Of a stretch of DNA of 64,000 nt, positions 42,473 to 55,500 are shown piece by piece. The position numbers and the translations under genes are program-made. This DNA is from Thecamonas trahens ATCC 50062 (Eukaryota; Protista; Apusomonadida), in the NCBI RefSeq assembly GCF_000142905.1, contig NW_013657665.1, positions 459,084 through 523,083 of the forward strand. The letters run 5' to 3'. Numbering within the stretch: the stretch's first letter is position 1; each line of letters starts with the position of its first letter. The notes under the pieces are model-generated. The model saw nothing but the letters and a program-made list of their open reading frames with translations. It searched no databases and was not told where the DNA came from.

Positions 42473-44206
42473 TCAGTGCGACGCAGCGGCAGCAGCCTCG
42501 GCAACCGACTGGGCAGAGTCGGCGACAACAGCATGGAGCATGTCGTCGACAATAAGAAAGGGGATCATGCGCGGAACGACGGTTGCAATGACTCGCGAGT
42601 AGCCGATGAACTCGCCGTCGACGCCGATCTTGGCCCCGGGCTTGGGCTGCGGATCGAGGATGAGATGAGTGACCTTGTAGTACTCGATGGCCGGGTGCGC
42701 CACGTGCTTGCCGGTTGCAACCTTGGTGAAGAACTTGAGCAGCTGCGCCCGCGAGATCGACCGCACAAAGGCGAGATCCATCGTGCCATCATCAACTTGC
42801 GCCAGCGGAGTAATCTGCGTTGTCTTTGCCTGGTACGCGCAGTTGGCGAGCGCAAAGATCTGAAAGTCCTCGTCGGCGAGGGCGAGCTCGCCCGACTCGG
42901 GCTCGCCGTCAGCACCAAGAACCAGCTTGCCGCCAACGTAGCGCGCCGAGTACGCAAACGAGAGGTCGGCAGTGTACTTGTCGAGCTTGAGGATGCGCTT
43001 GAGGCCCTCGTAGTCAAACCGCAGGTCGCCCATCCACCGATGCTGCTCCGAGTAGTAGTCAACGTCAGCCACGAGCGCCCACTCGAAGAGCACAAGCGCA
43101 TGCATGCTGACTCCAACTTCGGGCTGCTCAAGCCGCATGGCGTCGATCCTCCGCGGCTTGCCCTTGACCAGCGTGTACGCGGCGTCAATGGCTGTCAAGA
43201 CGCCAATCGAGTTGGCGAGCGCGTTGCCTGAGCCCGTCGGAATGACCGCCAGTGAGACGGCGTCAAAACATCGGCGGCCACCGTCGGCGCCACCGTCCTG
43301 CTCAGCAGCCCATTGAGGACCTCGTGGAGCAGGCCGTCGCCCGACGCCGTGGCAATGACGTCGTACGCATCCAAATCCACCGTCCGCGCCAGCTCGACCG
43401 CGTGGCCCTGCGCCTGAGTCTCAATGACATCGACCGCAAGGCCCGAGGCCAGCAGGATGGGCATGACCTCGTCGACCATGGTCTGCGTCGCTTTCTTCTT
43501 CCCGCCAAACGGATTGACGAGAATCAGCACCGACCGCCGCAGCGGCTCGTCATCGCCCAGCACACCGTCGCGGGCAACCGTGTTGAGGCACGTCACCCAG
43601 TGCTTCGTCGCCTCGAGCGCCCCGCCACTCACGCCACTCCTGCCGTCTCCTCCCGCCAGAGCGTCGATTTGCGGCATGTGCAGCACCTCGAGCTCGTACT
43701 GCACCGGCGATCGCGCTCCGCCTCGCCGCTCGTCGTCGATAATGCAGTAGAGCCTAAACCGCGGGTTGGCGGTTCCATCCGTTGCTGATGAGGCCCCAAA
43801 CGGTGAGAACGGGTTCTCGCCCCGGAGGACGTCTGAAGATCCCCTACCTTCTCGTGTGTCTTGCCTCGCTGTGCCGTCACGAGCACGCCCGCTGCCGTCA
43901 GCTGCCGCACCCGCACCTGTAGAGGCGGCACCAGCCACCAGCTTTGCACCCAGGATGTCGCATGCCGGGATGCACGACTCTTTGCATGTGTCTGTGTGTG
44001 AGTGGGTTGGTGTAGGTGTAGGCAGGCAGGGCAGGCAGGCAGGGCAGGCAGGCAGGCGACGTACCGGAGCGTGTGGTGAGGTTGGTGGTGTAGAGGGCTC
44101 GTTGTGTCAGCACAATGTAGTGTGGGATGCTGCCCAAGAGGACTGTGGAGGCCAGGAAGGCTTCACTGCCGCTGGGCATGGTGTCGCTCATGCTTGCTGC
44201 TGCCAT
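42473..44206 (-). CDS. Sphingosine/long-chain base kinase (DAGK family); intron 43992-44064, frame break near 43265
   Basis: LVNPFGGKKKA, SGDGLLHEVLNGL, IPTGSGNALA, WALVADVDYYSEQHRWMGDLRF, DDGTMDL, VDGE. Confidence 0.9.
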
Positions 44207-44378
44207 GTCTATCGCGAGCTGGATGATGCTGGCTAGAGTGGGAGCGAGGGCAGGAGAAGACGGGTGCGTGGCGTGGCAAAACCAATGAAGGAGGCGCATG
44301 ATTCTGTCCGGACGGTACTGCCGTCCAGACAGAATGATGCGCCCCCAATGCTACGGTACGAGTCAGAGGAGGTTCACT

Positions 44379-47300
44379 TTATGAGGAGCACAGCTGGTCG
44401 AGCTGGTGACGGAGCTGGACGACTTCGATCGAGTCCTCGCCATAGGCGCCGACGGCGGCCTTGTACTTTTCGATGTCGTCGCGGTGTGCGGTGGCATCGA
44501 GGCCGCGGTGGAAGATGCCAACGAGGATGTGGACGAGATGGAGCTCGCCGTCGCGGGTCTGCCAGGGCGGCGAGCGGGCGGAAAAGTGGTGGTCGTAGAT
44601 GGCAAAGAGGGTCTCGACCGGGACGCCAACGGCGATGAGGGCGTCGACAACCCAGAGGCGGTTGGGAACGCCGACCTCGAGCGAGCGGGCCTCGAGGAGA
44701 GCGGTGAGGTCGTCAATGCGGAAGACCGACGACTGCGGGTAGTACTTGCGGCCGGCCGAGACAAGGAGGCGGGCGAGCTCTTCGGCACGGTCGGCGGTGC
44801 TGGATGCAGGCAGCGCCTGGTCAACGATGGCGGCCCAGATGGCCTTGACCCGCTGGCTCCGCTCCGAGTCGTCGAGGCCGGAGGCGGTGTGCATGATAGC
44901 GAGCGAGGACCAATGCAGGTTGTACAGGTCGGCGTACTCGTTGTACAGCGTCGAGATGTCAAGGAGGCGCGAGGCGAGCGCCCCGACCTCGGCGCCGACG
45001 TTCTTGGCTTCGAGCTCGGCGAGGACCTGCGACTGGAGCTGGGCAACCTCGAGCTTTTCCTCGAGCTCGTGGAGGAACTCACCGTCAGTAAAGTCCGTGG
45101 CTTCGGCCGAAGCGCACTTGATGGCGCGGACGAGGTACTGGATGCGGGTCTGGAGCGCAACCGGCGGATCGACGGCCTCGGCAAGGCGAGCGAGGATGAT
45201 GGCGGCCTGGCGGAACTTGGAGTTGCGGATGTAGTAGTTCCACAGCATGTCGACGTGCTCCGGGTAGCGGACGAGGAAGCTCTCGAGGTACGGAGAGCTG
45301 AGCGAGAGGAGCTCGTTGACAAGGCCCTGGTCGATGTACCAGCGGTAGAGCGTGATGTGGAAGAGCTCGTCGTGCGAGGCGACGGCCCGTTGCACAAAGT
45401 GGGCGCGGGCGCGGTCAAGGTCGGCCGGGTCGATCGGCGGGCGCGGCGCGAGGCCGAGCGTCGGGTTGGCGCGAGCCGCCGGGCGGAGGAGCTCGTCGAG
45501 GGTGTTGAGAACGGCGTTGTAGGCGGCAAAGCGGGCGTCAAAAGCGTCTTTGACCGCCTGCTCAACCTGAACGTTGACGCCGCCGAGCACGTACTGCAGC
45601 GCCTGGTCGTGTGGGTCGACGGCCTGGGCACGGGCAAGCGCAAGGTCGAGCACCCCCGTGTAGAACCGGAGGAAGCGAAAGCGGTCGGTGACCGAGTCGA
45701 GATCCTCGATGGTTGCCGCCGCCTTGACAAAGTGCCGCAGTGCGGTGTCGAGGAGCTCGGTCCGCTCGCGCGCCGAGTTGGCCTGCTCACTCTTGTACAG
45801 CAGCTCAAAGCCCTTGTAGCGGAGCATGTCGCCGTAGGAGAAGAACGAGGGGCACCGGCGGTGCATGACCTGCGAGATTTCGTCGGTAGTCTCGTCGCCG
45901 GCCACCATGCGCATGAGCTCGGTGACGAGGCCACGCGCCACGACGTTGCCCTCCGACGTTGCAACGAGCGAGGCAAAGGTCTGCTGGCGGAGCCGGTTCG
46001 AGAGCTCCGACGGAATGGCGACCGTGAGCGCGGGCAGGTTGTAGCGGAGAAGGACTTGCAGGAAGGCTGCGGCCTCGATGGTGCGGTTGAGGAGCTGCTG
46101 GAAGCGGACTAGCGACGCTGGCTCGTCACTCTCGACGGCTGCCGACACATCGAGGAATCGCGGCTCGTCAGCGATAAAGGCGCGCAGTGTCGAGAGCTGC
46201 CGCTCAAGCTCGGCGTACTGCGGGGCCTCGAGCTGAAGCGACTGCGCCGTCGAGTTGGTCGACGTCCGGTACGTGAGCGGAAGGGCCCAGACAGGCTTGA
46301 CCAGCCGCGAAAAGTAGCGGTAGAGTCCATCGTGGACGCTCGAGAACTGGACGGTGCGGGCAGCGGCGGCGCCGCCAAGGATCGAGCTGGTGGCCTCGTG
46401 CCCGCTAGTCCCGGTGTCGGGCGCCAGCGAAGTGCGGCCAAACTTGAAGATTGCCGACGTGGCGTAGCGGACAATGTTGCTGTCGGGCGCGCTCGCCGAG
46501 AGCGAGCCGCGGGCGAGAGACGTCCGCCCGCGAGTGGGCGAGCCCATGTCCAGGTACGGTGCCGCAGCACGGAGGGCAAGCGACGACGCCGGCGCCGCCG
46601 ACGAGATGCTCGAAGTGGCGAGAATGAGGCACATGGCAACCATCTCGGTCGCGCCGTAATGGTTGGAAAAGTTGACCACGTAGGGGTTGTCGAGATCGCC
46701 GCGCGTGGCGTCAAGCAGGTTCTTGAGCAGGTCGACTGGGCGGAGCTTGATCACCACGTTGAGGCCCTGGTTGGTGAGGAGCACAAACTTGCGCGCCGGC
46801 AGAATGTGCTGCGTCGCCAGCTCGTTGGGCCGCGACCGGAGCGGGACGTACGTCGCGCTCGTCGACGCTGTCTTGCCAAACAGCGACCAGAAGAGCGAGT
46901 TGAGCGACGACGAGCCCGACGAGCCTGCGGCGTCCGCCAATCCAACGCCCGTCGCTGATGAACTCGCACCGGCTCCGCTGGCGGCCGGGTGGCGGACGGC
47001 AGCCGAGGCCGCCGCCGCCGCCATGCCTGCAGACGTGCGGTTTTGAGCCACAGAGAGCGAAGCGCCGGCCTCCTGCCGCCGCTTGCGGGCGTTGGCATTG
47101 GTTGTCGCCGCCCCCGAGCTCGCGGTCGCCGCCAGCGACTTGGACGCGTCACGAGTGAGATACGCGTACGATGGCGCGAGCTCCGAGATTTGGTCACGCT
47201 GGATCAAGATGGACATCGGAACCTCGGCAACGTCCCACGTCCGACCTTGAAACTCCAGCGCAGAGGTCTGGCCTGAGTTGGCAAACTTGCCGTTGTACGA

Positions 47301-48978
47301 CTGCACCGCGAGCTTACGCCACGCGTCGCCGACGCACACGACGCGGTCCTTGTGGGCGTCGACTGAGGAGGCTGTGACAAACACACCGTGCGAGTGGTAC
47401 GCGGTGTGGACCACGGTCTGACGGTTCGCCGACGGTCCTGCGCTGTAGTCGTGGTGGTTGAAGCCAGACTGGTTGTGAGAAGCAAACGACGAGTATTGGC
47501 CGCGGTACATGTCGGCGCCAGGGCGGGGTGCAGGCACAGGGGCTGACGGGGCCGACCGGACCTGGACGACTTGCAGCGTCTGCGGGCGCGCCGACGGGAC
47601 CGGCCGGTTGCCGCGAAAGACAAAGGTGGAGAGGTAGATTCGGATGCCCTTGCGGGTGACGGCGACCAGGTGGACGTCGGTAAACTCGGTGACCGGAATG
47701 GCGTGGATGGAGACGATGGCATCTTCGACGCCAATGACCGAGTGCAGGTTCTTGTTAGCGTCGGCAATGATGGACGAGAGGTTTTGACGCGAACAAGCTC
47801 GTTGCCGAGCTCGCCGAGGTCCCACACGGTGATGACCGGCGGCGTCGACGACGAACGGCGCGAGGCGCCGGCGGAGCTTGCCGGCTCGTCAGGCAGCGCC
47901 GCCGAGAGGGTGTACAGGATGTTGCGCGAGTGGTCGATGGTGATGTCGACAATGGGCAGGGTCTTCCACAGGCGGAGGAACGAGGGGACGTACGGCGCGA
48001 GCGGCGACTGCGAGTGGTTGAGCTTGCGGCACTTGCGGGTAAACCAGCCGTCCTGCTCCTGGTACTCGAGCTCGTACAGGTTGCCGTCACGGCCGGTGAG
48101 GAAGATGCGACCGTCGACGGTGCCGCGGATGTGGGTGATGTTCACATTGTCGGACGGGATGGTGAGCGGAGTCGGGACTAGAGTCAGCTCACCAAAGATA
48201 GAGTTGTGCTCGAACGACATGCCTACAATGACAATGTCGACAGGAGTGGCCAGGACCAAGAGCCACTGGATCTCGTCGCGGAAGACGCCAGCCTTCGGCC
48301 TGCAGAGCCCGGCCGAAATGATGACCTGGTCGAGGTCGTCGTACGAGACAAAGTCTGCACCAGCCCCGTCGTTGTAGTTCCAGAGGAAGATGTGGTTGTC
48401 GCGGGTAATCCACGCCCGGTTGATCTCCGGGAACACGCCCATGAAGCACTTGTACTCGAGGTAGTCGTACTGCTCCAGCAGCGCCGCAGGGAGCGGGATG
48501 GGCTCGCCCATCACAAACTTGGGCTCGGCCTCCGAGTCGTCCTGCTTCTGCGACGACGACTGCTTGAGGTCACTATTGCCGCACACGGGGTAGGAGTGAG
48601 GGAGGGGGTGGCGGGAGGGGGGGGGGGGGGGACTAGGGGANNNNNNNNNNNNNNNNNNNNNNNNNNNNNNNNNNNNNNNNNNNNNNNNNNNNNNNNNNNN
48701 NNNNNNNNNNNNNNNNNNNNNNNNNNNNNNNNNNNNNNNNGGGGGGAGGGGGGAAGAAGGGGGGGCTGAGGGGGTCGGGAGGTGGGGAGCCGCGACACAG
48801 CGACCGCCGGCGGCGAAAGGCAAAGGAGGGGAGGGGAGGGGGGGACGTACGAGAATGTGGGCCTCTCCTCGTCCTCTGCATGTGCATCTGTCACTCTCAG
48901 GCTTGCGGTTTTCATGCCCTCCATGTCTACCTGGGACACGACTTGCGTGTGCGGCAGTGGCCGTAGCTGCGACGACAT
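44379..48978 (-). CDS. NUP155: Nucleoporin Nup155/Nup170; intron 48573-48850, frame break near 47782
   Basis: CFMGVFPEINRAWIT.DN.IFLWNY, GRIFLTGRDGNLYEL.YQ..DGWF..KCRKLNHS, VHDGLYRYFSRL, DELFHITLYRW, LEEKLEVAQLQ. Confidence 0.95.
48641..48740. other. Assembly gap (100 N) in the NUP155 intron
   Basis: N run flanked by G-rich sequence. Confidence 0.99.
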
Positions 48979-49015
48979 GGCGTTTGGGAGGGCAACGACG
49001 AGTGGCTGCAACTAG

Positions 49016-49060
49016 TGGCTGGCGGCTGGTGGCTGGCGGCTGGCGGCTGGCGGCTGGCGG
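49016..49060. repeat. 7-bp tandem repeat (GGCGGCT)n upstream of NUP155
   Basis: About 6 imperfect units. Confidence 0.7.
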
Positions 49061-49739
49061 CCCGGCGTAGTTGCCGAAAACGAACGGGAGCAGAACGGGG
49101 GGGTGGGGGGCACCAGAGCAGGGGCTGCAGTGTTGTGGTGAAGAGCGGCTGGTCGCAGTCGACCAAGTCCGCGGTGCCCCAGACTCATAGACCATGATGC
49201 ATGGCCTTGTGCCACTCATCGTGCAATCACACCGATCACCCGGTCCGAATCCCCCCCACCCTCACCCACCCCACCCATTCTCGACACTCCACTGGCAAGA
49301 ATAGCCAGCTGGGCTACTGGGCAGAAGCTCCAAGCTCACTCACACCCTTGCACTCGCCCTCCCACACCCCACCCGCGTCCCACACCCCTCACACACCTCA
49401 CCCAACCCCTCACCCCACCGCCACACACACACACACACACACCACACACGCTACACGCCACACCCTCTATCCCGAGTGTGTGCCTGTGCTTGTGCCTGTG
49501 CCAGTGCCTGTGCCTGCGCCTGCGCCTGTGCCTGTGCCCGTGGCCACCTCATTCGCTGTGCTGAGGCCGTCCCTGCCCGGTTTCCTTCCACAGCCCACAC
49601 ACACCACACACACCACACACACACACCATCCTTCCTACGCACACACACGCACACACCCCCCCCCCCCCCCCCGTCCCTTGTCCACAACCTCACGCCCGCG
49701 CGCCCTCCCTCCTTCTCCTCCTCTCCCTCTCGCTGCTAC

Positions 49740-52385
49740 ATGGACGTCACCGCCAAGTATCCGCTCTCCGACTCGGACGATGGAGGGTCGTCGACTGGCG
49801 ACGGAGGCGAGAGCTCGAGTGGCATTCAGGCCGAGCTGCTTGGCCACGACGTGCTTATTCCCGGCCACTTGCTGGCTGCAGTGACTGCTGCTGTGGCAGC
49901 CGATCATGACGCCTCGATGGTGGCTGGCCCGGACACTCTCGGCCTGACCAACGCGCTCGCCGCGGCGGAGTCGCGCATCGCAGAGCTGGAGGATGAACTT
50001 GTCCGTCTCCGCGAGGAGAACACTGTGCTTCGCGGCGCGCTAGTCCACTCACGCTCCAGCGCAGGTCGGAGCACAGCCGGTGCTGGCACTGGTGCCGGTG
50101 GATCGGCACCGCTAGAGGCGCTCGAGCGGCTGCGGCTTTCGGCTGGAAAGGCTGGCGGGGCCGGAGTGCCACCCGATGCGATGGGCGTGCCCGCGCAACC
50201 GCGAGCAATCTCGGAGCTTCTTCGAAACCGGTCGTCAGGACGCAAGTCTTCGTTTGAGCGGTTCATCGGGACGTCGGCACGGTCACTCGGGGCCTCGTTC
50301 CTCACCCGAGCGGTGGCAGAGGCTGCAGCCGCCAGTAGCGGCAAAGCCGACGCTGGGACGTTGCAGGTCCCAGCTCGGGCAAGCCCGCAGACGACGGTGG
50401 CGCTCAAGCGAGCGGCGGCGGGAAGTGGTCCGCCGCAGCGGTCGATGTCGCTCGCCCGGTCGCCTAACATGCCGACGCTCGCCAGCTCGGCCACTAGCCG
50501 GCGCAAGCTCACGCTCGACCTCAACGTTTACATGCCGCGATTCGACCGTGAGGGCTCGCTGCGAGCCCGTCGCAGCTCGCGGCGCGGCTCGGTGGTCTCG
50601 GTCACCTCGACCATGTCAGAAATCTCAATTTCGGAGCTGTCGGGCCCGTCGGCCGACTACGATCAAGAGACCTCGCTCGGTGGAGGCTCGTCATCGATGA
50701 TGAACTCGGCCGACGCCACCAACGCGCCGACGCCGCTCGCGCTCCCCGTCTCGGAGCCAGGCTCGAACCACTCATCGCGCTCGCCGTCGGTCTCGTCAGT
50801 CGACGTGGATGAGGGCTTCTCGACTTCGTCGCCGAGGCCGATTTCACTCTTCTCGTCGTCGTCGAACTTGTCCATCAACCTCGCCCGCGCGCAGCTGACC
50901 GCGGCCGCGGCAGCTGCCGGCTCGGCAGCCGCGGCAAGCGTGGCGGCCGCGACCAAACCTGCGACAAGCGGTAAGCGTGGCAAGGCAGGCAAGTCGGGCA
51001 AGTCGAGCAAGCGCAGCTCGATGGTGGTTTCGGACGACGGCGACGATGGTGGCGGCTCCGACTCGGGCACACGGCTCATCACGCGCGACGGCGAGCGGGT
51101 GGCAGCGGTGCGAGTCGCCGGCGGCTCGATTGTTTTTGACGCGGCGACGCTCGACCAGCTCGTCTCGCACCTGGCGGATGAGTCGAACCCAGACACGCTC
51201 TACATCGAAGAGTTCCTTCTTGTCTACCGGTTGTTTATGGAGCCGATCGAGTTGATGCAGCTGCTCATCGCGCGGTTCAACATCCAGCTCCCGCCGGATC
51301 CGACCGACGACGACGTGGCGTACTTTGCCAAGTGGGCACGGCCGGTCCAGCTGCGGACAGTCTCGGTCATCGCCAAGTGGGTCGAGCGGTTCTGGGACGT
51401 CGACTTTGCCGTCTCTTCGGTCCTCCTCGATGGGCTGTATGACTTTCTCGACTTGCTACAGGGCCCGGACTTTGAGATGCTCCACAGGCACCTCTCGACC
51501 AAGATCCAGGCCAAGCTTGCGTCGCCAACGCCCGGGCCGGTCAACCCGCCAGGCGACCTCAGCCTTGCGGAGCTGCTCGGGCTGGACATCTCCGTCCTGG
51601 CGTCGGCCGGTTCGACGGCCATTGCCGCCGAGCTCACGCGGTGCGACACCGAGCTGCTCGCAGCGGTCCCGGCATCCGAGTTTATCATCCAGCTCCGCGG
51701 TGACCCGTCGCTTGCGCCAAACCTCTCGCAGTACATCACCCGGTTCAACAGGGTCTCGCGGTGGGTGGCGTCGATGATCCTGTACGAGACAGACGTCAAG
51801 CTGCGGCGTAACATGGTGGTCAAGTTTGTGCACGTGGTCAAGAAACTGTACGAGCTCTCCAACTTTAACTCGATGATGGCGGTCATCTCGGGCCTCAACA
51901 TGATTTGCATCGAGCGGCTCGACAAGACGTGGGCCAAGGTACCGGCCCGCGAGCGCAAGGCCCTCAAGAAGATGGAGGCCCTGCTCTCGCCGGCCAAAAA
52001 CTACGCAAAGTACCGCCGCAAGCTCGAGAGCCTCAAGCCGCCATACGTCGGCTTTGTCGGCCTCTATGTCAAGGACCTCTTTGTCCACCACGACTCGAAC
52101 CCGTCGCGCGTCACCTCGCACCCGCACCTTGTCAACTATGCCAAGTTCCGCCAGATGTCCGCCAAGGTCGAGTCGATCCGCGAGGCCCAGCGCGCCGCCG
52201 CCTCTTACAAGCATCGCGAGCCCGAGCCGGAGCTCCTCGCCCTCGTTTCGGAGCTTCCGGCCATGGATGAGAACGGCCTCTACGAGCTCTCCATCATCGT
52301 CGAGGCCTCGGAGCGTCGCCGTCGCTCGACCCGAGTTGTCGAACTCGAGGCGGCGTCGCTAGGGCCATTACCAGAGAAATCGTGA
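49740..52385 (+). CDS. Ras guanine nucleotide exchange factor (coiled coil, REM and CDC25 domains)
   Basis: ATLDQLVSHL...FLLVYRLF; FNRVSRWVA; NFNSMMAVISGL; IERLDKTW; NYAKYR; PYVGFVGLYVKDL; LVNYAKFR. Confidence 0.92.
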   Translation: MDVTAKYPLSDSDDGGSSTGDGGESSSGIQAELLGHDVLIPGHLLAAVTAAVAADHDASMVAGPDTLGLTNALAAAESRIAELEDELVRLREENTVLRGALVHSRSSAGRSTAGAGTGAGGSAPLEALERLRLSAGKAGGAGVPPDAMGVPAQPRAISELLRNRSSGRKSSFERFIGTSARSLGASFLTRAVAEAAAASSGKADAGTLQVPARASPQTTVALKRAAAGSGPPQRSMSLARSPNMPTLASSATSRRKLTLDLNVYMPRFDREGSLRARRSSRRGSVVSVTSTMSEISISELSGPSADYDQETSLGGGSSSMMNSADATNAPTPLALPVSEPGSNHSSRSPSVSSVDVDEGFSTSSPRPISLFSSSSNLSINLARAQLTAAAAAAGSAAAASVAAATKPATSGKRGKAGKSGKSSKRSSMVVSDDGDDGGGSDSGTRLITRDGERVAAVRVAGGSIVFDAATLDQLVSHLADESNPDTLYIEEFLLVYRLFMEPIELMQLLIARFNIQLPPDPTDDDVAYFAKWARPVQLRTVSVIAKWVERFWDVDFAVSSVLLDGLYDFLDLLQGPDFEMLHRHLSTKIQAKLASPTPGPVNPPGDLSLAELLGLDISVLASAGSTAIAAELTRCDTELLAAVPASEFIIQLRGDPSLAPNLSQYITRFNRVSRWVASMILYETDVKLRRNMVVKFVHVVKKLYELSNFNSMMAVISGLNMICIERLDKTWAKVPARERKALKKMEALLSPAKNYAKYRRKLESLKPPYVGFVGLYVKDLFVHHDSNPSRVTSHPHLVNYAKFRQMSAKVESIREAQRAAASYKHREPEPELLALVSELPAMDENGLYELSIIVEASERRRRSTRVVELEAASLGPLPEKS

Positions 52386-52511
52386 GGCCAGGAGAGGATC
52401 TAAAGGCCTGACTGCTATGTGTGCCTGTCTCTCCGGCGTTTGGCGGCGGCGAGTGTCGGAGAGTGAGGGTGCGCTAGCGCTTGGTGCGGGCACCTCTCTG
52501 CACGTGAGACC

Positions 52512-55500
52512 ATGAGTGCAGGCGGAGGTGGGAGAGAAGATGTATGTGGGCAGGTGGCTGAGGGGAGTGGTGGGGGGGGGGGTGGCGAATGGGGGTGGGG
52601 CGTGGGGGTGGGTGGGTGGGGCGTGGGGGTGGAGGGAGTTTGCAACTCACGTGCGCGGGTGGTGGTGGTGGGGGCTGGGCAGTACGAGTACGAGTACTAT
52701 GACGAGGAGGAGGATGTACAGGCTGTAGTGGACAAAGGAGTTGGAGTTGGAGCCGCGGCTGAGCCTGGGGCTGGGGCTGGCGCCGGCGCTGGCGCTGGGG
52801 TTGGGTCCGGAGCTGAAACTCGTGAAGGGGGAGGCCTCTTCGGCGATGATGACGGGGATGATGGCGTTGACTTTGATTCGGACGAGCTGTTTGGAGGTGG
52901 AGACGAAGACTTTGTTGTCCATACCCTGCTAGAGCGGGAGTCAGTGCCGGCACCAGCGTCGGTCAAGATGGCGGCCAAGCCCGTCGGCATCAACGAGCCG
53001 GCCTGGGGCAAGGATGTGGCCAGTGGCGATCTGTTCGCCGCTGAAGCCGCGGCTGCTGGGGCCGATGATGATGAGCTGCTGTTTGCTGCACCGGTAGCCA
53101 GTGCGGCTCCAGCCCGGCTCTCGGTGACCAAGGCCGTGGTCATGGCGCACAAGCCCGACCCAGAGCCAGAGCCAGAGCCAAAGCCAGAACCGGCTGTCCA
53201 GGCTGTCGGCCAAAGTAGCAGAACCGTTTTTGATTGGGATGAAGGAGACGACGGTGCTGAGGAACTGGACCTTGGACCGAAGCCCGTGGTGGAGGCAGGT
53301 CCCGAGCCTGTGGTGGAGGCCGAGTCGACGGACGTCTCCCCATCGCCTGCGCCTGCTGTCGACGGGGCGGTGGAATCGCTTCCTCAGGATACCGACGACG
53401 GCAATCCAGGTGAGGCCGTGGCGACTGGATGGACATCGTCCGAATCCGAGTCCGACGACAATGACGACGCCAAGGCAGGCTTGAACGCCGATGTCGTTCC
53501 CCCACCGCCACCAGAGTTCTTTATGGATGGTCCAGACGACGATGCTGACGCGGTTATAGGTACGGGTGTGGTGTCCACTGATGGGCACGCGCCGCCGCCT
53601 GCTCCGCGTGGCGCTGTTTTTAACGTCGAGGACATTCGCGCGTGGGGCTCGCCAGATGCAGACGACGAAGAGCACCCGTTGTTTGCCGCCCGCAGTCAGG
53701 CCGAGCCTGCAGCGACGCCGGTCAAGGCGCAGCCCGAGTCCCTGCCAGCATCGGATCCGGCGCCAGCACCAGAACCAGAGCCAGCGCCGGAACCAGAGCC
53801 AGCGCCGGAACCAGAGCCAGCGCCGGAACCAGAACCGGAGCTGGAACCGATTGTGGAGCTCGACGACGCAGGTGCCGACGACCTACTGGACGACCTAGAC
53901 GGAATGGACGACGTATTTTCTTTGGCGGGCAAGGGTGGCGGCGGGTCGTTGTTTGGAGCGCTCGGTGGTGGTGTCGAAGACGACGACCCTCTGTTCGCGG
54001 CCATGGAGTCGCTCAAAGAGCCTGCCGCCGACACATCTCACCCCCAGATGGTGGCGCGGACCCGGCGTGGAATGCCGCGCGGCGGTGGGGGCGGAAGTGG
54101 TGGAGGAGGTGACGATGTGCTGGGCAATCTTTTTGCACTCACCGACGAACCGGCTGCTGATGAACTGGGAGTCAAAGTCGCAAGCGCCACTGCTACGCCA
54201 CCTGCTGCGCCGGTGAGCAAGACGACGGGTGTAATGCTCTCTGATGACGAGGCCGACGAGTGGGAAGCTGGCAATGGCGAACAAGCTGTCAAAGATGCTG
54301 GAGCAAGCGTCGGTGTGGCTGCGGCTGAGGCCGCAGCGCGTGAGGCCGCGGCGCGTGAGGCCGCGGCGGCACTGCCGCCGGTCAACCACGCCAAGGCGCC
54401 GATTGTGCCCGATCTGCCCGTGGTGGCGGTGGAACGTGACGATAGCCCGCCGCCATTGCCGCCGCCAGAGCTAGCGGCTGTCCTCCCGCAGCAGAACGAG
54501 CCGCCGCTGCCGCCGGGCGAGGAGCCGCCGCTGCCCAAGCTCCCGCTCATTGTGGACGAGTTCAAACTCTCGATGGAGCGCGGGCCGAACGAGCTCTCGC
54601 CACGCGGGCCGGGAGCCACGCGAATCCGCGAGCTCGAGGCGCTACTGCTGGACATGCAGGAGGCGCTGGTCAAGGCGGCCGACCGCATCTCGCAGCTGGA
54701 GGGCGAGAAGGAGTCGCTTATGGTCAAGCTGGTGCGGACACAGGCGCAGGTCATCGAAGGCGAGCCGCGCAAGTCCGGCGGCGTGCTGTCGGCCGACGAA
54801 GCTGCTGCTATCGTGGCAAGCGCTGCGTCCAAAGATATGGAAGCGCGCCAGACGTCGACGCAGTTGCGAGCGCAGATGAAGGCGCTCGAGGAGAACGAGG
54901 CAGGCCCCGCCAAGCGCGGCATGCTGATGGGCGGCCAGGATGGGCGCGACGCGCCGGGTGTACCGGTCGGCCTCGGAACCGACGAGGACATTGCGCGGAT
55001 TGAGGCTGCGCTCGAGGAGAGACGGATGGCACGGGCTAAGCATGCCAAGCAGAGTCGCAAGGAGGAGCTGACCGAAGAGGAAGTCCGGATCCGGCGGTTG
55101 GAGGCCGAGCTCGAGCACCAGCAGTGGGAGCGTGTCGAGCGGGCCAAGCTCGCGCAAATGGGTCCGAGTCACGAGATGTACGGGCGGTTCAACTTTGTGT
55201 TCCACGGGCTCTCGCGGGCGCAGATCTCGCAAGTCCGCAAGCTCTTCACCTTTTTCGACCAGAATTCGTCGGGCACCATTCCATGGGCGCGGACGCTGGA
55301 CATTATCGACAAGCTCGGCATTATGCTCGCGTCGGTCGACGTGGCGTTCTTCAAGAACCTCATCGGCGCGCCGGTCGAACCGGCGGCGGCAGCCAGGCAC
55401 ACGGCACAGATCTCGATGCCGGACTTTCTGAAGGCCATGGACGAGCTTCATGCGGCGCTTTTCGCAAAGGCCAAGGAGAACAAGGCGCTGGCCGAGGTGG

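Noticed and set aside
44363-46112. Long overlapping and antisense ORFs (for example 44406-46112 +, 32527-33885 -, 18886-20172 -)
   Set aside because: Shadow ORFs expected from high GC3 codon bias opposite real genes; no domain signatures
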